Source: an uncultured Eubacteriales bacterium (GTDB taxonomy: Bacteria; Acidobacteriota; Aminicenantia; Aminicenantales; Saccharicenantaceae). From it: a stretch of 64,000 nt of DNA. The stretch spans positions 5,809 through 69,808 of the forward strand of contig CAZZCH010000004.1 in NCBI GenBank assembly GCA_964652895.1, written 5' to 3'. Within the stretch, counting starts at the first letter, position 1. Each line of letters starts with the position of its first letter. Shown one piece after another: positions 1 through 9,339 of this stretch. Both the position numbers and the translations under genes were made by a program. The notes under the pieces were generated by a model. It saw only the letters and a program-made list of their open reading frames with translations. It did no database searches and was not told the origin of the DNA.

Positions 1-52
1 TCCGCAAGCGTCCCTTGGGGGCCGCGGTCAGGTCTTTGATGTCATGGTCCAT
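1..52 (-). CDS. 5' end of a CDS running off the left edge (MDHDIKDLTAAPKGRLR...), possibly adenosylhomocysteinase
   Basis: ATG at 52..50 with GGAGGAG 5 nt upstream (revcomp of 58..64). Frame is open to position 1. The D-I-K-D-L-x-x-A-x-x-G-R pattern resembles AhcY N-termini, but only 17 aa are visible. Confidence 0.3.
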   Translation of the reverse strand, partial: MDHDIKDLTAAPKGRLR

Positions 53-163
53 GGGTTCTCCTCCGTATTCCGGGTCAAAATAGCACATTCCATAGGGGTT
101 TTCAACCAGGACACTTTATGTTATTGTAAATGCTTGTACGGTTCCATGGATTCCTCGACAGCT

Positions 164-1510
164 ATGACCAAAGTGGCGCGGTCGATATTCCTCATCCTTC
201 TGATCCTGCTCGTTCCCGCGGTTTTCCCGGCAGCCGCGGCCCAGGAATCGACGCCGAACACTCTTGGATTCGAATTCCAGGAGCACCGACTGCGGAACGG
301 ACTTCGGGTCATCCTGTCCGTGGACGAGAGGCTCCCCCTGGTGACCGTCGTCGTCGCCTATGGCGCGGGGACTATCCGCGAACGGCCCGGACAGGAAGGA
401 TTGGCCTTCCTCCTCGAAAACCTGATGTTCCGGGGTTCTGAAAACGTCAGCCCTCTCCAACATATCGGATTCGTCCAGAAGGTCGGCGGTGACCTCAACG
501 CGCAAACGACCGCGGACAGAACGTTATTCTTTCAGAACCTGCCCTCGAACTCCCTGGCCTTGGCCCTTTGGCTTGAATCGGACCGTATGAAATCCCTGGC
601 CATCACCCCCGCGGCCATCGAGATCACGAGGACCGACCTCATCAGGGAGCACCAGGAACGGCTGGCCTCCGACCCCTATCTCGGGAGTTTCGCGTGGTTT
701 GACGCGCTCCTCTATCCCGACGACTTTTACGGCCACCCCCTGATCAACGCCGGCGACGAGATGAAGAAGCTCACAGAAAAAGAGATCCTGGATTTTCACC
801 AGACCTATTACGTCCCGAATAATGCCGTCCTCTGCATCGTCGGCAACATCGACATCGCCGAAACCAGGGAACTCGTCGCCAGGTATTTCGACAGCATCCC
901 GCCCGGCTACGATATCCCCTCGCCTCCCGTACCCGCCTTCAGCCAGGACGGCGAAGTCATCCGGAACCTGTCCCCCATCCAGGCTTCTTCCTCCGGATTT
1001 CACCTGGGGTTCAGGTTCTATCCCCTTCAAACGGGCGACGCGTATTCTCTCAAGATCCTGGAATATCTCCTCCTGAAGGGAGAGACATCCAGGCTGAGAA
1101 ACCGGCTGCTTCGGCATGACCGGATGGCCCACTATCTCAGCGGAGGGCTTGAAAACCGGGGCGGCGTGCTGGGCTTGCAGATCTTCTGCCTCAACAACAA
1201 TGCCGACATGGTCAAAAAGTCCGAGAAGGCCATCCTTGCCGAGATCGACAAGCTGAAGACGAACCCCGTCTCTTCGGATGAACTGGCCAAGGCCAGAAAG
1301 CTGTTCAAAATGGACTATCTCAGGGGCCAGTCGACGAACCTGGGGCGGGCCCTTTTCCTCGTCGATGCGGCCTTCTCGGGAAAGCCCCTGATCGCTCTGG
1401 GCGCGGAATTGGACAAGTATATGAAGGTCAATCCGCCGACTTTGCAAGCCCTCATCGGAAGGCACTTCACCCCCCGGAACAAGGTCATATTGGAGCTCGG
1501 AAAAAAATGA
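164..1510 (+). CDS. secreted M16 (pitrilysin/insulinase) family peptidase-like protein with a degenerate zinc motif
   Basis: ORF 44..1510 trimmed to ATG 164, where a signal peptide begins (MTKVARSIFLILLILLVPAVFPAAAAQE). The M16 N-terminal signature is present as GLAFLLENLMFRGS, i.e. FLLEN where HxxEH is expected (nt 407..421). Confidence 0.85.
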   Translation: MTKVARSIFLILLILLVPAVFPAAAAQESTPNTLGFEFQEHRLRNGLRVILSVDERLPLVTVVVAYGAGTIRERPGQEGLAFLLENLMFRGSENVSPLQHIGFVQKVGGDLNAQTTADRTLFFQNLPSNSLALALWLESDRMKSLAITPAAIEITRTDLIREHQERLASDPYLGSFAWFDALLYPDDFYGHPLINAGDEMKKLTEKEILDFHQTYYVPNNAVLCIVGNIDIAETRELVARYFDSIPPGYDIPSPPVPAFSQDGEVIRNLSPIQASSSGFHLGFRFYPLQTGDAYSLKILEYLLLKGETSRLRNRLLRHDRMAHYLSGGLENRGGVLGLQIFCLNNNADMVKKSEKAILAEIDKLKTNPVSSDELAKARKLFKMDYLRGQSTNLGRALFLVDAAFSGKPLIALGAELDKYMKVNPPTLQALIGRHFTPRNKVILELGKK

Positions 1511-2982
1511 AGGGCGGCTCACGCGTTCGCCCCGGCCCGATGCTCTGCCTGCTTGCCCTGGCCGCAGCCGCCGCTTTCCCGATCTGCGCGGGTGCCCAGG
1601 AGCGCTTCCGGAGGACGCCACCGCTCCCCGCGGCTAAGCCGCAGGAGCTCAAGCTTCCGCCGATCAGACGCAACTCTTTTCCGAACGGCCTGACAGTGAC
1701 CACCGCCTACCGGCCCGGCTCGCCCCTTGTCACGCTGCAGCTCATCGTCCGGGCCGGCGAGGTCGATTCGCCGCCTGACCGGCCCGGCGTCGCCGCCCTG
1801 ACGGCGCGCATGATCGGCAAGGGCACGAAACTGCTGTCGGCCGGGGCCATCGAGGACATGATCGAGTCCATGGGCGCGGATTTTTCCGTAGAGGTCCTCA
1901 TGGACTACACGGTTTTCACCTTCCATGTCCTCGAGGAATCCCTGGAACGTGCGCTCTTCGTGCTGAGATCCATGGTCCTCGATGCCCAGTTCACGGAACG
2001 CGAGATGGCCTCCTTGAAACGAACCACCTACTACGAGCTTGTGGACCGTAAGAAGAATCCGGAGTTCCTGGGCTGGAGGCAGTTTCTGAGGGTGCTTTTC
2101 GAGAACCACCCCTACCAGATAGCGACGTATGCCGAGGACGTCATTAAATTCATTTCCACGAAGGACGTCGCCTCCTTTTACGACCGGTTCTACCGGCCCG
2201 ACAACGCCGTCGTCCTCGTCGCGGGCGCGATCGACGGCGCGACCATCGGAAAGAAGATCGGCCTCTCCTTCGCCCCGTGGGTCCGGCAGTCGGTCGAGCG
2301 GGCGGTCCCCGCGCCCCCGCCGCCGAACGCCCGGGACCGGGTCTGTTATATCGAGGACCCCGACGCCGCGGACGCGACGGTTTTCATCGGAAACGTGATC
2401 ATGGCTGCTTCCGACCCGGACTTCTTCCCTTTTCTCGTCCTCAAGCACGTCCTCGGGGGGACGACGCAGAGCCGCCTGTTCATGAACCTTCGTGAATCCA
2501 AGGGTTATGCCTATTTTGCCTTCAGCCAAACGGAGTTCTTCCGATCGTGCGGCGTGTATTGGGCCCGGGCCCGGGTCACGCCGGAATTCATCGTTCCGGC
2601 GGTCCGGGAGATCGCCCGGGAGATCACGGCCCTGTCTTCGGAGGGCGCCACCCCGGCCGAGGTCGAGGAAGCTAAATCCTTCCTCATCGGGAATCTACCC
2701 GCCCGCTTCGAATCCCTCGAAGGGTTCGCGGAAGAAATGGCCCGCGTCGTGGCCCTTGGCCTCGACGACGGACAGTGGGACAAGGGACCCGAGCGTCTCA
2801 AGCTTGTCACCGTCGAAAGAGCCCGCGCGGTGGCCCGGAAATACCTCTCGGGAAAGCCCCTTATCGTCCTCGTCGGCCGGCCGGAGTGGCGCGGCCTTTA
2901 CATGCGCGAGTTCGATACGATCGAGGTCTACGACACCGACGGGGTGCTCAAGACGGCCCGGCGCAAAGGAGAGCAAAGATGA
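1507..2982 (+). CDS. secreted M16 family peptidase-like protein, non-catalytic type
   Basis: ATGA stop/start overlap with the upstream M16 gene. Signal peptide (LLALAAAAAFPICAGAQE). The motif position reads GVAALTARMIGKGT, with no His or Glu ligands. Confidence 0.85.
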   Translation: MKGGSRVRPGPMLCLLALAAAAAFPICAGAQERFRRTPPLPAAKPQELKLPPIRRNSFPNGLTVTTAYRPGSPLVTLQLIVRAGEVDSPPDRPGVAALTARMIGKGTKLLSAGAIEDMIESMGADFSVEVLMDYTVFTFHVLEESLERALFVLRSMVLDAQFTEREMASLKRTTYYELVDRKKNPEFLGWRQFLRVLFENHPYQIATYAEDVIKFISTKDVASFYDRFYRPDNAVVLVAGAIDGATIGKKIGLSFAPWVRQSVERAVPAPPPPNARDRVCYIEDPDAADATVFIGNVIMAASDPDFFPFLVLKHVLGGTTQSRLFMNLRESKGYAYFAFSQTEFFRSCGVYWARARVTPEFIVPAVREIAREITALSSEGATPAEVEEAKSFLIGNLPARFESLEGFAEEMARVVALGLDDGQWDKGPERLKLVTVERARAVARKYLSGKPLIVLVGRPEWRGLYMREFDTIEVYDTDGVLKTARRKGEQR

Positions 2983-4661
2983 AGCTCGTCGAGTGCGTGC
3001 CCAATTTCAGCGAAGGCCGCGATCCGGAGAAGATCAAGGCCATCGTCCGCGAGATCGAAGCGGTCCCGGGCGTCAAGCTCCTTGACGTCGACCCCGGAGA
3101 ATCCACGAACAGAACCGTCGTGACCTTCATCGGGACCCCCGAATCCGTCGAGGAGGCCGCCTTCCGGGCCGTCGCCAAAGCGGCGGAAGTCATCGATATG
3201 CGCGGACACAAGGGCGCCCACAGCCGCATCGGAGCCACGGACGTCTGCCCCTTCGTGCCGGTCTCGGGAGTGACCATGGAGGACTGCGTCCGGCTGGCCG
3301 AAGAGCTCGGCGCCCGCATCGCCGGAGAGCTGGGCATCCCGGTCTATCTCTACGAATCCGCCGCCAGGACGCCGGAGCGGCGGAACCTGGCCACGGTCCG
3401 GGCCGGGGAATACGAGGGCCTGTCCGAAAAATTCAAGGACCGCCGCTGGGCGCCCGATTTCGGCGAGCCCGTTTTTAATCCCAAGTCCGGCGCCACGGTC
3501 GTCGGCGCCCGCGAGTTTCTGATCGCCTACAACATCAATCTCAACACGCGGGACCGGAAGCTGGCCCACGAGATCGCCTTGAGCCTCAGGGAGAGCGGCC
3601 GGGCCAAGCGGGACAAGGACGGGAATGTCGTAAGGGACCGGCGCGGCAACGCGGTCAAGGTGCCGGGCAAATTCAAGGAGGTCAAGTCGGTTGGCTGGTA
3701 CATCGAGGACTACGGCCTGGCTCAGATCTCGGTCAACTTCACGAACTACAAGGTCACACCCGTCCACGTCGTCTTCGACGAGGCGAGAAAGCTGGCCGGG
3801 AAACTCGGCCTCCGGGTAACGGGCAGCGAGCTAGTCGGCCTTATCCCCAAGGAAGCCCTCCTTATGGCCGGCCGCTACTACCTCGGGAAGCAGGGCAAGA
3901 GCCCCGGCGTGCCCGAAGATGAACTTGTCCGGACCGCCGTCCGCTCCCTCGGGCTCAACGACGTGTCCCCTTTCGATCCCGAAAAAAAGATCATCGAAAA
4001 CCAATTCGAGAAAGACAAGCATTCCCTGGTCGGGTTGACCCTCCGGAATTTCATGAACGAGCTGTCCCTGGACTCCCCGGCCCCCGGCGGGGGGAGCGTC
4101 GCGGCCCTCTGCGGATCGCTTTCCGCGGCCCTGTCCGCCATGGTCGCCAACCTGACCGTCGGCAAAAAGGGCTATGAGGATGTCTGGGAGGAGATGAGCG
4201 CGACGGCCGTCCGGGCCCAGACCCTCAAGGACGGGCTGCTCGAAGCCGTGGACAGGGACACGCGGGCCTTCAATAAGGTCATGGAAGCTTTTCGCCTGCC
4301 CAAGATGACGTCCGAGCAGTCCCTCGAAAAGGAGCGGGCCGTCGAGGAAGCTAATAAGGAAGCGACCCTTGTCCCGCTCGAGGTGCTCGAAATGGCGGGC
4401 GCGGCGGTCGCCCTGGCCCGGACCGCCGCCGAAAAGGGTAACAAGAACTCCGTGAGCGACGCGGGAGTGGCCGGACTCGCCGGCCAGGCGGCGGGCGAAG
4501 GCGCCTACTACAACGTCCTCATCAACCTCTCCGGTATCAAAGACGCCAAGTTCGTCGCCGACGTGCGGCGGCGGGCGGAGCGGCGGATGAAGGCCCTGGA
4601 CAAGGAAGGGAAAGCCGTTCGGGCGATCCTCGTCAAGTCCCTGAAGGTCCCCGCGCGCTGA
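2979..4661 (+). CDS. ftcD: bifunctional glutamate formimidoyltransferase / formimidoyltetrahydrofolate cyclodeaminase
   Basis: ORF 2775..4661 trimmed to ATG 2979 (ATGA overlap with the upstream stop). N-terminus MKLVECVPNFSEGRD is the formiminotransferase signature. The C-terminal part (SPAPGGGSVAALCGSLSAALSAMVANLT) is cyclodeaminase-like. Confidence 0.9.
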   Translation: MKLVECVPNFSEGRDPEKIKAIVREIEAVPGVKLLDVDPGESTNRTVVTFIGTPESVEEAAFRAVAKAAEVIDMRGHKGAHSRIGATDVCPFVPVSGVTMEDCVRLAEELGARIAGELGIPVYLYESAARTPERRNLATVRAGEYEGLSEKFKDRRWAPDFGEPVFNPKSGATVVGAREFLIAYNINLNTRDRKLAHEIALSLRESGRAKRDKDGNVVRDRRGNAVKVPGKFKEVKSVGWYIEDYGLAQISVNFTNYKVTPVHVVFDEARKLAGKLGLRVTGSELVGLIPKEALLMAGRYYLGKQGKSPGVPEDELVRTAVRSLGLNDVSPFDPEKKIIENQFEKDKHSLVGLTLRNFMNELSLDSPAPGGGSVAALCGSLSAALSAMVANLTVGKKGYEDVWEEMSATAVRAQTLKDGLLEAVDRDTRAFNKVMEAFRLPKMTSEQSLEKERAVEEANKEATLVPLEVLEMAGAAVALARTAAEKGNKNSVSDAGVAGLAGQAAGEGAYYNVLINLSGIKDAKFVADVRRRAERRMKALDKEGKAVRAILVKSLKVPAR

Positions 4662-5484
4662 ATCCAGAGCCGCGGCCGGCGGAGCCCCGGCCTTTTTTTA
4701 GCAGCGAAAAGATCCCGAAGGCGAGGAAACAGAAGATCACGATTGCGGCCGACGTGGGGACGTTGAGGGCGAGCGACAGGCCGAGGCCCGCGCCGACGGA
4801 TAAGACGGCGACGGCGGTCGATGCCCGCACGGCAGTCCTGAAGCTCGCCGCGACCTGGAGGCCGGCCGCCGCCGGGATGACGATCAGCGCGGCCACGAGG
4901 AGGATGCCCACGACCTTCATACCCAGGACGATCGTGACCGCCGTGAGAACCATGAGGAGCATGTCCAGCCGGCCGACTTTGATCCCGGCCGCCCGGGCCG
5001 ATTCGCGGTCGAAGGTCATGTAGAGGAGCTTGGCATAATTCAGTTTCACGGTCAGGAGGACCGCCGCGGCCAGCGCCACGGCCAGTCCAACCTCGAGCGG
5101 CTCGATGGCCAGGATATCCCCGAAAAGATAAGACATGAGTTCGACGTTGAACCCCCTGGCCATCGAGGCCAACAGGACGCCGACGGCCAGGCCCAGGCTG
5201 CTGAAAATGCCGATGGCCGTGTCGCCGTAGATCCCGGCCCGTTCCTTGAGCTTGATGATGGCGACCGCCGCGGCCACGGCCACGACCAGGGCCGCGGCCA
5301 GGGGAAGGACGTTCAGGAAAAGGCCCAGCGCGACGCCGGCGAAAGCGATGTGGGCGAGCCCGTGACCGATCATCGCGTCCTTTCTCAGGATCAGGAAAAT
5401 GCCCAGGACGGCGCAGGCCACGGCGATGAAAACACCGGCCAGGAAGGCCCGTTGGATGAAGCCGTAGGTGAAGAATGCGGGCAT
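4633..5484 (-). CDS. znuB: metal (Zn/Mn) ABC transporter permease, ABC-3 family
   Basis: 283-aa polytopic membrane protein with a ZnuB/MntB-like N-terminus (FIQRAFLAGVFIAVACAVLGIFLILRKDAMIGHGLAH). Sits in a cluster with the ATPase and binding protein. Confidence 0.85.
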   Translation of the reverse strand: MPAFFTYGFIQRAFLAGVFIAVACAVLGIFLILRKDAMIGHGLAHIAFAGVALGLFLNVLPLAAALVVAVAAAVAIIKLKERAGIYGDTAIGIFSSLGLAVGVLLASMARGFNVELMSYLFGDILAIEPLEVGLAVALAAAVLLTVKLNYAKLLYMTFDRESARAAGIKVGRLDMLLMVLTAVTIVLGMKVVGILLVAALIVIPAAAGLQVAASFRTAVRASTAVAVLSVGAGLGLSLALNVPTSAAIVIFCFLAFGIFSLLKKGRGSAGRGSGFSARGPSGT

Positions 5485-5491
5485 GACGGAC

Positions 5492-6235
5492 CTAGTGTTC
5501 GTGCGCGATCAGGTGGTCGCCCCGGCTGACCATATCGCGGAAGACCGCCGACTGGCAGAACTCCTTGTGGCTCCCGTGATAAGCCAGTCTCTGGTTGAGA
5601 CAGGCCACGCTGGTGACGTGCTTGTTGACGATGCCGATGTCGTGGGTGACCAGGACGATGGTCAATCCCTCCCGCGAATTCAGGCGGTCGAGCATGTCGT
5701 AGAAAGACCCCTGGGTTTCGGCGTCGACCCCGGTCGTCGGCTCGTCCAGAAAGAGGATCTTGGGCGAAGTTACGAGCGCCCGGGCGATGAACACGCGCTG
5801 CTGTTGCCCGCCGGACAGCCGGCCGATGGCCCATTTCCCGTAATCGGCCATGCCGACCTCATCGAGGGCCCGGAGGATCTCGCCGCGGCCTTCCCGCCCC
5901 GATCGGGCCCCGTGCTTGCGGTTGGACATGAGGGCCATGCCCACGACCTCCTCGACCGAGGCCGGGAAGAACGGATCGATGTGGGTGGCTTTCTGGGGGA
6001 CATAGCCGATCTTCCGCCAGTCCGAAAATTCCCTGATGGGTTTGCCGAAGACCTCGACGCTTCCCGACGAAGGTTCGAGAAGGCCGAGGGCGACCTTGAC
6101 CAGAGTGGTCTTGCCCGACCCGTTCGGTCCGATGATGGCCAGGAAATCCCCTTCCCGGATGGTGAGATCGATGTCGACCAGCGTGGGCGCTCCGTCGTAA
6201 CGGAACGAGATGCCGCGAAGGACGATCAGGTCCAT
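5492..6235 (-). CDS. znuC: metal ABC transporter ATP-binding protein
   Basis: Walker A GPNGSGKTT, signature LSGGQQQR, Walker B LFLDEPT. Confidence 0.9.
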   Translation of the reverse strand: MDLIVLRGISFRYDGAPTLVDIDLTIREGDFLAIIGPNGSGKTTLVKVALGLLEPSSGSVEVFGKPIREFSDWRKIGYVPQKATHIDPFFPASVEEVVGMALMSNRKHGARSGREGRGEILRALDEVGMADYGKWAIGRLSGGQQQRVFIARALVTSPKILFLDEPTTGVDAETQGSFYDMLDRLNSREGLTIVLVTHDIGIVNKHVTSVACLNQRLAYHGSHKEFCQSAVFRDMVSRGDHLIAHEH

Positions 6236-6239
6236 GGTC

Positions 6240-7160
6240 TCACCGGCACTCCAGCCCGTCGCGCAGGCTTTTTAAATTTTCTTCCATGAGCTTGAAAAAG
6301 TCCACCCCGCGGTCCTGCTCGTCCCGGGTCAGATTGTGGCCCGCGTGGAGGATGAGGATGCGGCCGCCGATCTCGCGGGCCAACGCCCTCGACAGGTCGG
6401 GCGGGACGGAGTTCTCGAAGAAGATCGTTCGGACGCCCTTTCTCCGGCAGAACTCGACGGCATTCATGAGGTCGACAGGGCGGGGCTGGGCGTCCGGGCT
6501 GAGGCCGTAGAGGGCCGTTTGGACGAGCCCGTATCTCCGGGCCAGGTAGCCGAAGGCACCGTGGCCGGCGAGGACGATGTCCTTGCCCCGGCAGGCGGCC
6601 AGTCCGTTTCGGAATTTCATGTCGAGTTCCCGGAGCCTGGCTTCGAGCCTGTTCGCGTTCTCCGTGAATTCCGGCCGGCCGATCGGGTCGATGCGGGAGA
6701 GCTCGTCGGCGATCTTCCGGACGATTTGCACATCGAGCTCGAAATCGAGCCAGACGTGAGGGTCGAGCTGTTCGTGGACATCCTCCCCATGCCCGTGCTC
6801 ATCGCCGGCCGCGGCTTCGATGAGGCTCAGACCCGACGTCACTTCGAGGCTGCGAAGCGTGTCGCCCGGCAGGGCGCTGAGCAGTCCGGGGAGCCAAGGC
6901 TCGAGGTTGGCCCCGATATAAACGAGCAAGTCGCAGGCCGCCAGGCGGCCGATGTCACCCGGCCGGGGCTGCCAGGAGTGGACTCCGGCACCCGGAGGCA
7001 GCAGGATTTCCGCCTCCCCCCTGTCACCGACAACGGCCGCGGCGAACTCCTTGAGGGGGAAGACGGTGGCCATGATGTGGACCTTGGCCTCGAGCGGATA
7101 GGACCCCGCCAGAACGAGGGCCAGCGTCAAGGCCGGGAGGATGCGGCGAAGCGATTTCAC
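6240..7160 (-). CDS. znuA: periplasmic metal-binding protein (ZnuA/TroA family) with a short His/acidic loop
   Basis: Signal peptide MKSLRRILPALTLALVLAGS. Cluster-9 SBP architecture. His/Asp/Glu-rich loop GDEHGHGEDVHEQLDPH suggests zinc. GTG start at 7160. Confidence 0.8.
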   Translation of the reverse strand: MKSLRRILPALTLALVLAGSYPLEAKVHIMATVFPLKEFAAAVVGDRGEAEILLPPGAGVHSWQPRPGDIGRLAACDLLVYIGANLEPWLPGLLSALPGDTLRSLEVTSGLSLIEAAAGDEHGHGEDVHEQLDPHVWLDFELDVQIVRKIADELSRIDPIGRPEFTENANRLEARLRELDMKFRNGLAACRGKDIVLAGHGAFGYLARRYGLVQTALYGLSPDAQPRPVDLMNAVEFCRRKGVRTIFFENSVPPDLSRALAREIGGRILILHAGHNLTRDEQDRGVDFFKLMEENLKSLRDGLECR

Positions 7161-7252
7161 GACTCGGATTATACTCGGGAGGACGGCTTGAATCCATCGC
7201 TTTTTTGTGGCATCATGTTAGTTCTGTCATCTCGATCAAAAAGGAGGCGTCT

Positions 7253-8707
7253 ATGGCATCCTCTCTCGGCGAACTCAATCCCCGGCTTCTCTGGAAGCAT
7301 TTCGCGAAGATCCTGACCGTCCCCCACTGCTCGGGCAGCGAAAAAGCCCTTGGGGATTATGTCCTGTCCGTAGCCAAATCCCTGAACCTGCCTGGCAAGC
7401 GCGACAAGGTCGGCAACGTCCTGGTCAGCAAGCCGGCGACGGCCGGACGGGAGAGCGCCGTGGGCGTCATCCTCCAGGGCCATCTCGACATGGTCTGCGA
7501 GAAGAACTCGAACAAGGTCCACGATTTTTGTAAGGACCCGATCCTTCCGGACATCAAGGGTGACTGGGTTTATGCCCAGGGGACGACCCTCGGGGCCGAC
7601 AACGGCATCGGCCTGGCCGCGGCCCTGGCGGTCATGGAGGACAAGACGCTCGTTCATGGCCCCATGGAATTCCTCTTCACCGTCGACGAAGAGACCGGTC
7701 TGACCGGAGCCAACCGGATCCAGAAAGGATTCCTGGCCGGGAAGAAGCTCCTCAACCTCGACAGCGAAGACGAGGGGACGTTCACCATCGGTTGTGCCGG
7801 CGGGGCGGATTCCGAGCTCGTTTTCCCGGTTGAAAGAAAAAAGACGGCTTCGAAGAACCTCTACCGCCTGCACCTCCACGGCTTTCGGGGCGGCCATTCC
7901 GGGCTCGACATCAACCAGGGCCGGGGCAATGCGATCAAGCTCCTAGCCCGGATGCTCGGACAGGCCCAGGCGACCGCGCGCTTCGAGATCGTCAGCATAG
8001 AAGGCGGGAGCAAGCATAATGCCATCCCCCGTGAAGCCGTCGCGATCGTCTCCTGTCCTCCCGTCCAGGTCAGGGCCCTGACCGTGGCGCTCAACAAGGC
8101 CTTCGAAAAGATCGCCGTCGAATACAAGGCCGTCGAAGCCGAGGCCAAGTATGCGTTTGAACCAGAGGCCGGCAAAGACTTCGCCCTGACCCAGGCGTGC
8201 CAGCGCGTCCTTCTCAATTTCCTCCTCGCCGTCCCCCACGGCGTCATATCCATGCACCCGGAGATCGCCGGACTGGTCGAGACGTCGACCAACCTGGCCA
8301 TCGTCAAGACCGAAAAGAAAGAGATCAAGGTTCTCTGCAGTACGCGCAGTTCCGTCGCCTCGGCCCTTGAAGCGGCGCGCAATATCATCAAATCCGTCTG
8401 CGACCTGGCCGGGGTCCGGGCCGAATTCATGAACGGCTACCCCGGCTGGATGCCCAACCTCGCCTCTCCCCTCCTGAAGCATTTAAAAGAGATCTACGCC
8501 AAGACCTTCGGGAAGGAGCCCGAGATTGTGGCCGTCCATGCCGGCCTCGAATGCGGCATCATCGGCGAAAAGTTCCCGGGGATGGATATGATCTCGTTCG
8601 GCCCGACGATCAAGAACCCCCATTCGCCCGAGGAGCACGTTCATATCGGGTCGGTCGAGAAATTCTGGACGTTCCTGACGACGGCTCTGGCCGAGTTGTC
8701 AAAGTAG
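7253..8707 (+). CDS. pepD: aminoacyl-histidine (Xaa-His) dipeptidase, M20C family
   Basis: ORF trimmed to ATG 7253, which has AAGGAGG upstream. N-terminus [29 protein letters not shown] and the overall length (484 aa) are typical of PepD. Confidence 0.9.
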   Translation: MASSLGELNPRLLWKHFAKILTVPHCSGSEKALGDYVLSVAKSLNLPGKRDKVGNVLVSKPATAGRESAVGVILQGHLDMVCEKNSNKVHDFCKDPILPDIKGDWVYAQGTTLGADNGIGLAAALAVMEDKTLVHGPMEFLFTVDEETGLTGANRIQKGFLAGKKLLNLDSEDEGTFTIGCAGGADSELVFPVERKKTASKNLYRLHLHGFRGGHSGLDINQGRGNAIKLLARMLGQAQATARFEIVSIEGGSKHNAIPREAVAIVSCPPVQVRALTVALNKAFEKIAVEYKAVEAEAKYAFEPEAGKDFALTQACQRVLLNFLLAVPHGVISMHPEIAGLVETSTNLAIVKTEKKEIKVLCSTRSSVASALEAARNIIKSVCDLAGVRAEFMNGYPGWMPNLASPLLKHLKEIYAKTFGKEPEIVAVHAGLECGIIGEKFPGMDMISFGPTIKNPHSPEEHVHIGSVEKFWTFLTTALAELSK

Positions 8708-8819
8708 TCCCGCGCAAAGGCGAAGCGGGAGCGTGAAAAGACGCACGTTTCTTGTTGTGGCGGGGCTCCTGGGAACGTCCGTTTCCAGGGTCTTCGCCGG
8801 TATCGGAAGGAGCAAAAGC

Positions 8820-9200
8820 ATGAAAAAGCAGGTTCAAACCGAAAAGGCACCGAAAGCGATCGGCCCTTATTCCCAAGCCATTATCGCCAACGGCTTCGTT
8901 TTCTGCTCGGGCCAGATCCCCATCGACCCGGCCACCGGGAACCTCATCAACGGGACGATCGAGGAAGAGACGCGGCAGGTCCTCAAGAACCTGGGGGCCG
9001 TGCTCGAGGCCGCCGGTTCTTCTTATGACGATGTGGTCAAGACGACCGTTTTCCTCCAGGACATGAACGATTTCGCTAAAATGAACGCGGTCTACGGCGA
9101 GTTCTTCAAGATGCCCTATCCGGGCCGGGCCGCGGTCCAGGTCGCCCGTCTGCCCAGGGACGTCAAGGTCGAGATCGAGGCCGTCGCCCTGGTCAAGTAG
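8820..9200 (+). CDS. ridA: RidA/YjgF/UK114 family reactive-intermediate (enamine/imine) deaminase
   Basis: [12 protein letters not shown]...FCSGQIP...TTVFL...[11 protein letters not shown] signature. ATG 8820 has GGAAGGAG 7 nt upstream. An in-frame GTG at 8733 would add a Tat-like signal peptide (see findings). Confidence 0.85.
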   Translation: MKKQVQTEKAPKAIGPYSQAIIANGFVFCSGQIPIDPATGNLINGTIEEETRQVLKNLGAVLEAAGSSYDDVVKTTVFLQDMNDFAKMNAVYGEFFKMPYPGRAAVQVARLPRDVKVEIEAVALVK

Positions 9201-9267
9201 CTATCTACGCTGCTATTCCCGCTACTCACTCGGCCGCGCAGGGCTTCCGGGATCGTCTTCGTTCGCT

Positions 9268-9339
9268 GCGGTGATTCTTAACGCCATCACGGTCCTTATC
9301 CATAAGAATGTATTCGGACCGTGATGACTAAATCACCGC
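9268..9339. repeat. nested inverted repeat (two-tier hairpin) in an AT-richer intergenic region
   Basis: Outer arms GCGGTGATT (9268..9276) and AATCACCGC (9331..9339). Inner arms CATCACGGTCC (9285..9295) and GGACCGTGATG (9316..9326). The 20-nt loop contains the mini-palindromes TTATccATAA and GAATgtATTC. Confidence 0.6.

Noticed and set aside
7161-7252. Zur/Fur box in the znuA-pepD divergent region
   Set aside because: Only a weak imperfect palindrome (ATGTTAGTTCTGTCAT) is present. It does not resemble known Zur or Fur consensus sequences well enough to call.
9268-9339. Integron attC site interpretation of the nested hairpin
   Set aside because: CTTAAC superficially resembles an R'' core, but the first base is a pyrimidine and there is no complementary GTTRRRY R' core on the other arm. 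No integrase or cassette array is nearby.
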